From IMG/VR virus record IMGVR_UViG_3300010430_000003, positions 1 through 64,000 of that record: a DNA stretch of 64,000 nucleotides; one strand, 5' to 3'. Of this stretch, positions 48,696 through 57,227 are shown one piece after another. A program made the translations under genes and the position numbers. The notes below the pieces were generated by a model. The model saw only the letters and a program-made list of their open reading frames with translations. It was not told the DNA's origin and did not search any database. The first letter of the stretch is position 1; every line of letters starts with the position of its first letter.

Positions 48696-49311
48696 ACTTA
48701 AAGAAGAAGATATTATAACAATCATTAAAGAAGAGTATAAAAGAGCTAAGCGTCGTGCCTCTGTTAGAGAGCAAGAGCTTGGTTCCCTCTCTGGCATCGA
48801 GATTGAAGAGTTGCTTGCCAATTACTTTTATCGGCACGGCGGGAAGATTCCAGAAAACATTATGAAGATGTCTGTTCTTTTCCCCATTTTGCAAAATGCT
48901 GGTTTGGGTAATATTGTTTCTTCTTATAAAAAGACTGCTGATACTTTTGGTAAAGATGCAGCGAGATTCATCTTGGCAGATGTGAAGAACGCCATTAAGA
49001 AGATCTCTGGCAATGATTTTGATTATGACGCAATTATTCAAAAGAGAGAGACAGAGTTATATGAACTTCTGAATAATCTTGCAATTGGAGATAAATTGAA
49101 TATTCCTTTTACATCTGGAAAACTTGCTAGGAATGAAATGGGAATATTGGATGAAACTGGTGAGCGCTTTATGTGGTCTGTGCAAGAGATTATGAATAAC
49201 ACAACAGATCTTCTAGAGTCTGAACTTACACTGCAACACGAAGCCACAGGGACACGAGCCAAAATGACATTTGGTGAGTTGATGGATTATCATGCTTACA
49301 AGGCGGAATAA
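48685..49311 (+). CDS. Hypothetical protein, possible internal head protein
   Basis: 208 aa with an N-terminal IITIIKEE leader. Confidence 0.5.
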   Translation: MSNKLKEEDIITIIKEEYKRAKRRASVREQELGSLSGIEIEELLANYFYRHGGKIPENIMKMSVLFPILQNAGLGNIVSSYKKTADTFGKDAARFILADVKNAIKKISGNDFDYDAIIQKRETELYELLNNLAIGDKLNIPFTSGKLARNEMGILDETGERFMWSVQEIMNNTTDLLESELTLQHEATGTRAKMTFGELMDYHAYKAE

Positions 49312-49401
49312 ATGAATCAGAAAGGCTTTACTCTCATCGAATTGATGATTTGGCTGTTATCAATTTTTGGACCATGTGCGTTCGGTGCTTTTTATCTTTA
49401 A
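49312..49401 (+). CDS. 29-aa type IV prepilin-like micro-peptide MNQKG|FTLIELMIWLLSIFGPCAFGAFYL
   Basis: Read manually; class III signal peptide QKG|FTLIEL with Glu+5; ATG abuts the upstream TAA; followed by a terminator. Confidence 0.7.
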   Translation: MNQKGFTLIELMIWLLSIFGPCAFGAFYL

Positions 49402-49426
49402 TTAGATAATTAGTTTGATGATGTGG

Positions 49427-49452
49427 CGAGACACACCGTGTCTCGTTTTTTT
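49427..49452 (+). terminator. Intrinsic terminator
   Basis: CGAGACAC-ACC-GTGTCTCG 8-bp stem followed by T7. Confidence 0.85.
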
Positions 49453-49475
49453 GTGTCTAAGGTGAATGAAAAATC

Positions 49476-49481
49476 TATTTA
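49476..49481 (+). promoter_or_regulatory. TATTTA late-promoter-like motif upstream of terminase
   Basis: TCTATTTAAG between the terminator and the GTG start at 49498. Confidence 0.5.
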
Positions 49482-49497
49482 AGGGTGATAACGTAAG

Positions 49498-51165
49498 GTG
49501 TCGTATATGCTCTCAAAGAAAAAATTACAACAAGAAATAATTAAATGCGGAAGGGATCCGATTTATTTTATCAAAATGTATTGCATGATTCAGGAGCCAA
49601 TTAAGGGTCATATCCCCTTTAATCTATTTCCATATCAGGAAGAGTTAATTCATGAATTTATCAACAATCGTTTTAATATTGTTTTAAAGGGCAGACAACT
49701 TGGTATTTCATGGTTATCATCTGCTTTTTGTTTATGGTTGATGATGTTCCGTCGAAACAAAGTTATCATGTCGGTTTCCACAAAAGAGAAAGTCGCAGCT
49801 AAAATTATTGAAAAAGTTAAGTATCAATATAAACACTTGCCAACTTTCCTTAAAGAGTTTAACGGTATTGATACCGATAATAATGCTAAATTTAAGTTTA
49901 TGAATGGATCGGAAGTTGTTGCTGAAACAACCACCTCTGATTCAGGTCGCTCATATTCCTTATCTCTTCTTATTATTGATGAAGCAGCTTATGTTGAAAA
50001 CCTTGATGGCGATCAGGGTCTTTGGACAGCGCTTGCCCCAACTCTTTCAACTGGTGGTCGAGCCATTGCATTCTCTTCTCCCGCTGGTGCCTCTGGTTGG
50101 TTTTATGAAACATATACAAGAGCCGCTGAAAACGAAATAAGACACGAGGCTGATTGGAACCCAATTAAATTAATGTGGTGGGTACATCCAAATAGAGATG
50201 ATGAGTGGTTCAAAGCACAAGAAGCAGCTATTCCAAATCCCAAAGCTCTTGCTCAAGAGCATTTGTGCGATTTTAGTGCTTCTGGTGATACTGTTATTTC
50301 TTCAGATGATTTGATTGATCTTAAGAGATTTTTAGATAGTATTAATGAAGAAACTGACGAAGAGCACAAAGAGCCCAAATTTAAAACATCTATAGATAGA
50401 AATTATTGGATTTGGCAAAGATACAATCCTGATCACAAATATGTGATGGGGGTTGATACATCGCGTGGTGATGGGAAAGACTTTTCAACGTTTCATATAA
50501 TGGATGTTGTTACTGATGAGATTGTAGCAGAATATAAAGGAAAAGTTCCCGCTGATATATATGCTGAGATAATTTACTCTGCTGCCGAAGAATATGGATT
50601 TCCACTTTTAGCTGTTGAGAAGAATATGGGTGAGGCTGTCCTGATGAAACTTCAGGAAATGGACACCCCTAATCTATATTGTCAAAAGAGAGGAACGAGT
50701 GAATTTATCCCTTATTCACAAATGGCGTATGATAATTCTGTAGTTCTTGGATTTGTTACGTCAGCTAGAAGCAAGGATTTGATTATTGCAAAAATGGAAG
50801 AGTTTATCCGTATGCGGAAGGTGAAGATATATTCAGAAAGATTATACAATGAATTCCTTAATTTCATGTGGGATGATAGTGGAAGGGCTAAAGCGAAAAG
50901 GGGATATAATGATGATCTCGTTATGTCTTTTGCAATAACAATTTGGATTAGGGAAACTGCAATTGAGCAAGATAAAAGAAAAAGATTGCATGACTCTGCC
51001 ATGTTGAATGCATTTAAGGCAGTCGGTAAAAAGTTTGACTATTCCCTTGAAGCATCGAAAGGGTTCGAAGCGGGGCCTTATTTAAAGAGGCAAAGCAAGC
51101 GTCAAGAAGATATAACTAATCGAAAGAAATATAGTTGGTTGTTTGATCCTGTTTACAAAGGCTAA
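49498..51165 (+). CDS. gp17: Terminase large subunit (T4 gp17-like)
   Basis: VLKGRQLGIS (Walker A-like), LLIIDEAA (Walker B), nuclease MGVDTSRGDGKDFS and DDLVMS. Confidence 0.95.
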   Translation: MSYMLSKKKLQQEIIKCGRDPIYFIKMYCMIQEPIKGHIPFNLFPYQEELIHEFINNRFNIVLKGRQLGISWLSSAFCLWLMMFRRNKVIMSVSTKEKVAAKIIEKVKYQYKHLPTFLKEFNGIDTDNNAKFKFMNGSEVVAETTTSDSGRSYSLSLLIIDEAAYVENLDGDQGLWTALAPTLSTGGRAIAFSSPAGASGWFYETYTRAAENEIRHEADWNPIKLMWWVHPNRDDEWFKAQEAAIPNPKALAQEHLCDFSASGDTVISSDDLIDLKRFLDSINEETDEEHKEPKFKTSIDRNYWIWQRYNPDHKYVMGVDTSRGDGKDFSTFHIMDVVTDEIVAEYKGKVPADIYAEIIYSAAEEYGFPLLAVEKNMGEAVLMKLQEMDTPNLYCQKRGTSEFIPYSQMAYDNSVVLGFVTSARSKDLIIAKMEEFIRMRKVKIYSERLYNEFLNFMWDDSGRAKAKRGYNDDLVMSFAITIWIRETAIEQDKRKRLHDSAMLNAFKAVGKKFDYSLEASKGFEAGPYLKRQSKRQEDITNRKKYSWLFDPVYKG

Positions 51166-51172
51166 AAGATAA

Positions 51173-53212
51173 ATGGCAAATAAGATTAAGAAGCATGTTA
51201 GGAACCCTGAATCTACGTTATTCAAGAGATTAACGAGAGTATTCTCTGGTCCTATCACAAACAGAAGATCACAGACTTATAAAAGGCTGCGCATGCAGCA
51301 CATGGATAAGTATGCTAATAAATTCAAGACTGTTACTGGTCAATCATTCAAGAAATCAGCATACAATCCCGCTTCGATGTTACAGTCTGAGCGCATTTTA
51401 AATTATAATCGAGCAGAGCGTTATAAGGAATTTAACCAATTTGAGTTCATTGCAGAAACTTCTGCCGCCCTAAATATTTACGCTGATGAATTAACTCTAT
51501 CTACTACATTAAGTCCAATTCTTAAAATTGATTGTCCTAATGAAGAGATAAAAATTGTTCTTGAGTCTTTATATTATAACATTCTTAATGTAGAGCAGAA
51601 CCTCTATTGGTGGTCTCGTAATATGGTTAAATATGGAGACTTCTTTCTCTATATTGATATTGAAGAAGGTGAGGGAGTTGTTGGAGTTCTTGGGTTACCT
51701 CCTGCTGAAATTGAAATTCTGGAGGGCGAGGATGAAACAAATCTCAATTATATCCAGTACCAATGGAACTCTCGTGGCTTAACATTTGAAAATTGGCAAA
51801 TTGCCCATTTCCGGAATCTTGGTGATGATAAGTATTCACCATATGGTCAAAGCGTATTTGACCCAGTAAGACGTCATGTTCGACAGTTAATGCTTCTTGA
51901 AGATACAATGATGTCTTATCGTATTGTTCGCTCTCCTGAAAGAAGGGTATATTATATTGATGTTGGTGATATTGCATCACAAGATGTAGAGCAGTATGTT
52001 GAGAAAGTAATCACTTCAATGAAGCGCCATACGATTGTTGATGAAGATAGTTCAAGAATTGATTTAAGATATAATCCATGGAATGTTGAGGAAGATATTT
52101 ATATCCCTGTGCGAGCAGGCAACAATACAAGAGTTGAATCTCTGCCCGGTGGTTCGTTTGTCGGAGACATTGATGATGTTAAGTACATCAGAGATAAAGT
52201 CCTCACAGGTCTTCTAATCCCGTTCTCATACCTCTCACGAGAAGAAACAGGAGAGAGTCAAGAAACTCTTGCACAAAAAGACGTTCGCTTTGCTAGCGCG
52301 ATTCAGAGACTTCAACAGCCTGTAATTGCTGAGCTTGAGAAGATTGGTCAAGTGCACCTTTTGTCTCTTGGTTATGAGAGCGAAGATATTGTTTCTTTCA
52401 AACTTGGTCTCAACAACCCATCAAGAATTGCAGAACTTCAACACCTTGAAGAATTTAGAACAAAACTTGAAACTTCTTTACAAGCTCAAGAAATGTTCTC
52501 ATATCGATGGATCGCCCAGAACATTCTAAACCTTTCTGAAGATGAAGCTATGCGTATTAAGAGAGAAAGGTATCATGATGCTAAATATGAAGCAATCCTC
52601 ACAGGAATTAAGGAAGGTGATATTAATGGTGAGTTGGGCATGCCGTCAGAAGAAGGAGATTTATTGGGTCTCGGCGATGGAGAGATGGATCTCGATGCTG
52701 AACCAGAAGCTGGAGGTGATGACTTAGGTCTTGATCCCGAACCAGATGATTTGGGTGGCGGTGATGATGACGGAGGTCTTTTAGTTACTCCTGATGATGA
52801 ACCTGGCCCTTCACCCGGCAAAAGGGATGAATATGTAACTGCTGGCTCTAAAGGGAAAGAGTACAAAAGAGTCGCTACTGATAAAAGAAGAGGTATGGGT
52901 CCTCGCAAGAAGAACTATGCAGGCAAGGTATCTTCTGAAAAGGGGAGAAATACCAAAAGAAATATAGTTCCCGGTGTGAAACATAAAATCAACTCTTTAG
53001 CTTATGGGATTACCGAAGAGCAAGATATTGATGAAATTCTTAAAGAAATGTTTGGAGATATCGAAGAAGACAAGAAAGTTGTTAATTATTCAAAAATTGA
53101 GAGAGATTTCCGAAAAAGCAATCAGGGCACCAAAAAAGTATTGACTGAAATTAAGGATGCTTTAACTAAAGGTGAATATAATAGATTAAACACTGAACAA
53201 GGAGAAGAATGA
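51173..53212 (+). CDS. gp20: Portal protein (T4 gp20-like) with acidic/basic C-terminal extension
   Basis: PYGQSV, YRIVRSPERRVYYIDVG, EDIYIP, VESLPGG. Confidence 0.95.
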   Translation: MANKIKKHVRNPESTLFKRLTRVFSGPITNRRSQTYKRLRMQHMDKYANKFKTVTGQSFKKSAYNPASMLQSERILNYNRAERYKEFNQFEFIAETSAALNIYADELTLSTTLSPILKIDCPNEEIKIVLESLYYNILNVEQNLYWWSRNMVKYGDFFLYIDIEEGEGVVGVLGLPPAEIEILEGEDETNLNYIQYQWNSRGLTFENWQIAHFRNLGDDKYSPYGQSVFDPVRRHVRQLMLLEDTMMSYRIVRSPERRVYYIDVGDIASQDVEQYVEKVITSMKRHTIVDEDSSRIDLRYNPWNVEEDIYIPVRAGNNTRVESLPGGSFVGDIDDVKYIRDKVLTGLLIPFSYLSREETGESQETLAQKDVRFASAIQRLQQPVIAELEKIGQVHLLSLGYESEDIVSFKLGLNNPSRIAELQHLEEFRTKLETSLQAQEMFSYRWIAQNILNLSEDEAMRIKRERYHDAKYEAILTGIKEGDINGELGMPSEEGDLLGLGDGEMDLDAEPEAGGDDLGLDPEPDDLGGGDDDGGLLVTPDDEPGPSPGKRDEYVTAGSKGKEYKRVATDKRRGMGPRKKNYAGKVSSEKGRNTKRNIVPGVKHKINSLAYGITEEQDIDEILKEMFGDIEEDKKVVNYSKIERDFRKSNQGTKKVLTEIKDALTKGEYNRLNTEQGEE

Positions 53213-54060
53213 TGTCATTCAAGCATAATAAGAAAAGAAATACCGCTTTTCTTTTTGAAGTGATGGTTAGAGAAGTGTCAGAGCAAATTCTCGAAGAAAA
53301 TAAAAGTAGGCGTGAACACCTATTAGAGCTTATTAAAAAGTATTTTGGGAAAGATAGCATTCTTGCTGAAGAGTTGCAGCTTTACCGTGATATTTACGAA
53401 GATAATAGTGTTACAACCAACACTTTGCAAAATATTGTTTTGGAGTCAAAGAGAAAATTTGATAAGATTAACAAAAAGAATGTTTTTAACAAACAAACCA
53501 AGTTAATTTCTGAAATCAATAAGATTGATAAAAATATTTTCAATAACTTTATTAAAAATTATAAAGTTCTTGCCTCGATTAATCAGTATTTCTTAGAAGA
53601 GTCACTTGGCAGTAAAGAGATGGTTAGTCTGAAAGAGCAAATTGTTGAATTTGTCATTGATGAGCCCGAGCAGAGTAATGGTGTTCTTGAAGAAGTTGAT
53701 TCTATTGTTTATAGAACTTTTATTGATAAGTTTAATAATGAATATGCCGAACTGTTAAGTGAACAGAAGGAGCTTTTGCAATTATATGTTTTATCTTCAA
53801 GTAAAGATGGCAAATTATCATTCGCTTGCTATTTAAATGAAGAAATTGCAAGGTTAAAGCAAGAGGTCAGTAGTTCTTTCGAATTAAAAGAAATTAAAGA
53901 AGACCTTTACATGAAAGAGAAAGCGGAGACTGTAATTGTAATGCTGGAAGAGTTTTCGACACGGGAAATCCAAGAGAATGATTTTGAAAAAATTCTAATG
54001 ATTCAAGAGTTAGTTAGGGAGATTAATACTGATGCCGATCAAGATAATTCTGCACAATAA
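53209..54060 (+). CDS. Hypothetical helical protein in the head cluster
   Basis: 283 aa starting MSFKHNKKRNTAFLFE; coupled to the portal gene. Confidence 0.6.
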   Translation: MMSFKHNKKRNTAFLFEVMVREVSEQILEENKSRREHLLELIKKYFGKDSILAEELQLYRDIYEDNSVTTNTLQNIVLESKRKFDKINKKNVFNKQTKLISEINKIDKNIFNNFIKNYKVLASINQYFLEESLGSKEMVSLKEQIVEFVIDEPEQSNGVLEEVDSIVYRTFIDKFNNEYAELLSEQKELLQLYVLSSSKDGKLSFACYLNEEIARLKQEVSSSFELKEIKEDLYMKEKAETVIVMLEEFSTREIQENDFEKILMIQELVREINTDADQDNSAQ

Positions 54061-54880
54061 GGGTAGGTCTAAGACATATTCAGATCCCTCGGATGATCCA
54101 AACTTCTCTGGCCCAACAATAGAAATTAATGTTCGGAAGAATATTAGAGGGGATTTCATGGTCATGGATCATGCCGACGTTGATATTGTTTATTCTGGAA
54201 AGACTAATAAAGTAAGTGCTTTTGCTAAGAATGTGAATGTTAATGCTGATCTTGTGTACGACGCGCAAAACAGGTTATTTCAGTTTCTTGCTCAAAAGGG
54301 TGTTATTGATCCTGAGAGCGTTCAAGGCGGCTCATTATATTCTTCAATGGAAGCAGACGTTTATAAGGAAAACGAAGTTCAGGAAAATCAGGTTGTCTTA
54401 TTTTCAATCGGTCAGTTTATTGAACAAGAAAGGCCATTCTTCAAGTGGAAAGAAGCATTCCGAGATAAGATGATTGATAAGTATACAGAACCCGATGAAG
54501 AGCACTCAACAGAGCTTGGTGATGTGCCACATGGTGATCGTAAGGGACAAATCGATCCGTCAGGATGGCTTAGTGGAGCTTCATATCAGCTTTACGAAGG
54601 TGACGAAAAGTGGGATGAAGTTAAAGAATATGCTGGAAGAATCATGGCAAAAAATCGAGAGCTTAATGTTCCATCTTGGGCCTTGTTAAAGAACGGGAAA
54701 TTAGCTAGAATATGGGATATGCCTGATAGAGAGCTTGGAATTTCCGTTTCTTGGGATGGAGAGCCTAACGTGCTTGATGTTCCACTAAATGCGGTTAAAC
54801 AAGTTGTTTGGTATGATATTGAAGATCAATACGCGGAAACAGCACCCGCGCAAAAACCACTTCATATTGAAGTAAGATGA
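54032..54880 (+). CDS. Hypothetical protein
   Basis: 282-aa ORF in the head cluster. Confidence 0.6.
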   Translation: MPIKIILHNKGRSKTYSDPSDDPNFSGPTIEINVRKNIRGDFMVMDHADVDIVYSGKTNKVSAFAKNVNVNADLVYDAQNRLFQFLAQKGVIDPESVQGGSLYSSMEADVYKENEVQENQVVLFSIGQFIEQERPFFKWKEAFRDKMIDKYTEPDEEHSTELGDVPHGDRKGQIDPSGWLSGASYQLYEGDEKWDEVKEYAGRIMAKNRELNVPSWALLKNGKLARIWDMPDRELGISVSWDGEPNVLDVPLNAVKQVVWYDIEDQYAETAPAQKPLHIEVR

Positions 54881-54889
54881 GGAAGGAAA

Positions 54890-55027
54890 ATGACTGAAGA
54901 AAATAAAGGATGGATTTGTCCAAAGTGTGGACAAGTATATGCTCCTACGGTTGAGAAGTGTTCGACCTGCATTCCAGAACCTGTTAAGGAAAACCAAGAA
55001 AAGAAGAAGAAGATATTAAAGGATTAA
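54890..55027 (+). CDS. 45-aa zinc-ribbon micro-protein MTEENKGWICPKCGQVYAPTVEKCSTC...
   Basis: Read manually; GWICPKC...CSTC; GAGGAAGG upstream. Confidence 0.75.
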   Translation: MTEENKGWICPKCGQVYAPTVEKCSTCIPEPVKENQEKKKKILKD

Positions 55028-55028
55028 T

Positions 55029-55340
55029 ATGACTGGAATTATTACGTTTATTTTAATATGTTACGGCGCAACTAGCATAATTGTTAACGGCAAGATTTTT
55101 GAGAACGTGCGTGGAAAAAGTTATATGCTTAACTGCCAAATGTGCATGGGTTTTTGGGTTGGTCTCCTTGTTGCATACTTAGACTATAATACTCATCTTT
55201 TTACATTTGACAATAACATTGTAACATTAGTAATGTTGGGTGCTCTTTCATCTGGAACAAGTTATATTCTTGATAGACTATTTAATGATGATGGAATCCA
55301 ACTAAGTTTGGGAGTTAAAGGTGAAGGAAATTCTGAATAG
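55029..55340 (+). CDS. Membrane protein, DUF1360-like
   Basis: LNCQMCMGFWVG (C..C...W) flanked by hydrophobic helices. Confidence 0.6.
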   Translation: MTGIITFILICYGATSIIVNGKIFENVRGKSYMLNCQMCMGFWVGLLVAYLDYNTHLFTFDNNIVTLVMLGALSSGTSYILDRLFNDDGIQLSLGVKGEGNSE

Positions 55341-55671
55341 TTGGAAAAAGTATCTTAATGAAGAACCTTTAGCTGAAGCCAAGGTTTATTCTCTTGGAGA
55401 TCAATATGCAATTGCGTTTCATCCTGAAAATATAGTTTATGTTACTCAACGTGGTGGTATGCAGCAAAAAAAGAAATGGTTTCTTCAAACGGATGATGAG
55501 TCGTATAAATATCTTATGAGTGTTTTGCGTAAAGCAGATCCATATCAAGTAGAAGTAACAAGAGATGAATTATTAAGAGGTCGTTATGGTAAGTTAACTG
55601 TAGTGGGTCATCAATTACCTGATGATGACGATGAGATTGAAACAATTGATGATATCAGTTTTGACTTTTAG
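55321..55671 (+). CDS. Hypothetical protein, possible internal head protein
   Basis: N-terminal MKEILNSWKKYLNE leader ending in L-x-E; GTG start. Confidence 0.5.
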   Translation: MKEILNSWKKYLNEEPLAEAKVYSLGDQYAIAFHPENIVYVTQRGGMQQKKKWFLQTDDESYKYLMSVLRKADPYQVEVTRDELLRGRYGKLTVVGHQLPDDDDEIETIDDISFDF

Positions 55672-55681
55672 GAGGTGACAA

Positions 55682-55747
55682 ATGTTCAAGTCAAGAAAAC
55701 TGCGGTATCCCCGCAGATGTAAATCTGGTTGCATACTAAAATCCTGA
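55682..55747 (+). CDS. 21-aa basic micro-ORF MFKSRKLRYPRRCKSGCILKS
   Basis: Read manually; preceded by AGGAGGTGA (55670-78), the strongest SD match noticed in the window. Confidence 0.5.
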   Translation: MFKSRKLRYPRRCKSGCILKS

Positions 55748-55770
55748 GCAAGATGTAAAACTGCTCGTTT

Positions 55771-55821
55771 CCTTTTTCTAAACTATATATTTATAGATGT
55801 GTATAACATTTAGAGAAAGGT
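55771..55821 (+). promoter_or_regulatory. Hairpin enclosing TATTTA, with the SD in the 3' arm (prohead protease gene)
   Basis: CCTTTTTCTAAA (55771-82) / TTTAGAGAAAGG (55809-20), 12 bp with one G-U; TATTTA at 55788-93; ATG at 55825. Confidence 0.65.
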
Positions 55822-55824
55822 ATT

Positions 55825-56448
55825 ATGTCACAACAGTTTTTAATCAAAGAATTCTTAAGCTTCAAGAATGAAGCAGACTCTGTCGAGGCAGTTTTAACAG
55901 AGCAAGAAAAAGTTGAGAGAAATAACGGCACCATGTTCCTTGTTGGTGTTGTACAGCGAGCCGATGCTGAAAATGGCAATGGCCGCCGCTATCCCCGCAA
56001 AATTTTAGAAAGAGAAGTTGTCAACTATATGAAGTTGGTTCGAGAGAGCCGCTCCGTTGGTGAATGTGATCATCCAGGCGATGACCGAGTAGAGATTGAA
56101 TTAAAAAATGTATCTCACGTTATTACTGATCTTTGGTGGGAAGGACAAGACCTTAAAGGAAAGTTGAAAATTCTTAACACTCCTTGTGGTCAAATTGTAA
56201 GCAACTTAGTTAAAGATGGAATTACACTTGGTATCTCTTCACGAGGCTTAGGATCAACAAGACAAGATACTCGTGGTAATACAATTGTTGAAGATGATTT
56301 TCAATTGATTTGTTGGGACATCGTTTCAGAACCTAGCACTCAAGGAGCCTTCGTAACACCCTTAAGAGAGGGAGTTAATTATACTAGGAAGGTATTTGAT
56401 AAATCTTATCGCATTAATTGTCTACTTAATAATATTGTGGAAGAGTGA
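55825..56448 (+). CDS. gp21: Prohead protease (T4 gp21-like)
   Basis: NGNGRRYP, GECDHP (catalytic His), GISSRGLGS (catalytic Ser), WDIVSEPS. Confidence 0.95.
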   Translation: MSQQFLIKEFLSFKNEADSVEAVLTEQEKVERNNGTMFLVGVVQRADAENGNGRRYPRKILEREVVNYMKLVRESRSVGECDHPGDDRVEIELKNVSHVITDLWWEGQDLKGKLKILNTPCGQIVSNLVKDGITLGISSRGLGSTRQDTRGNTIVEDDFQLICWDIVSEPSTQGAFVTPLREGVNYTRKVFDKSYRINCLLNNIVEE

Positions 56449-56451
56449 GCA

Positions 56452-56895
56452 ATGAAACAAGAAGAATTTGAAAGGCTGGTAGAAAGAATTGTAGAAGAGA
56501 AAATTAAAGAAAAATTAGAAGAGAGAGTGGAAGCCCTTTTCTATAAGACTCTTGTTGAAAGTAACATGATGTCTAACATCATCTCAACAATTTATGAGAA
56601 CATGGAGCGTGAAGACAAAATTCCGCTAAAAGAGTCTAAGGTAGAAACAACCCTAAAAGCAAAGCCGCGAAGAAAACCAACCCCAAATCCCGCCATTGAA
56701 TCAATGGGAATGTACTTTGAAGGGACTAGTCCTATTGATGATGCTGAAGGCGGTTCTGCTAAATTGAAAGCGGAATCTCTTCAAGAAGGAGTTCGACCAG
56801 AACTAATTGGTGACGAGGGTGTTGATTTAGGAATTTTTGCTAACGTTGCTGATTTTTGGCGTGATGATGTTGAGAAATATAATAGTGGTGAATAA
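56452..56895 (+). CDS. Acidic hypothetical protein (prohead core-like)
   Basis: Glu-rich with repeated L-x-E (LVE, LKE, LQE). Confidence 0.5.
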   Translation: MKQEEFERLVERIVEEKIKEKLEERVEALFYKTLVESNMMSNIISTIYENMEREDKIPLKESKVETTLKAKPRRKPTPNPAIESMGMYFEGTSPIDDAEGGSAKLKAESLQEGVRPELIGDEGVDLGIFANVADFWRDDVEKYNSGE

Positions 56896-57150
56896 ATGAA
56901 GAGAAAAAGAGCAAGACGCAATACAAAGTTCATGGAATATTTTGATAACTGTAATGTAGAAGTGTTTGTAGACGACTACGATAGTTTAGATAAGGCCATT
57001 AGAAAGTTTACTAAGAAAGTTAAGGAAGATGGTGTATTAGAACAATGTTGGGAAGCTAAAGTATATGAGAAACCTTCTGATAAAAAGCGAAGAAAGAGGA
57101 AGGAAGCAAAATATAATAGAAAAAAGAATCTCACTAAGAATAAGTATTAA
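56896..57150 (+). CDS. rpsU: Ribosomal protein bS21 (phage-encoded)
   Basis: VEVFVDDYDSLDKAIRKFTKKV..GVL...YEKPSDKKRRKRK matches the bS21 pattern. Confidence 0.88.
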   Translation: MKRKRARRNTKFMEYFDNCNVEVFVDDYDSLDKAIRKFTKKVKEDGVLEQCWEAKVYEKPSDKKRRKRKEAKYNRKKNLTKNKY

Positions 57151-57158
57151 TATATAAT

Positions 57159-57218
57159 TTCCTTTATAAGCGATATTGCCATATTTATAGTGCAATATTG
57201 TATTTTCCTTTATAGGAG
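57159..57218 (+). promoter_or_regulatory. Hairpin enclosing TATTTA upstream of the scaffold gene; imperfect outer stem reaches the AGGAG SD
   Basis: CGATATTGC (57171-79) / GCAATATTG (57192-200), 9 bp with one G-U; TATTTA at 57182-87; TTCCT (57159-63) can pair with AGGAG (57214-18). Confidence 0.55.
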
Positions 57219-57227
57219 TGTTTCATA

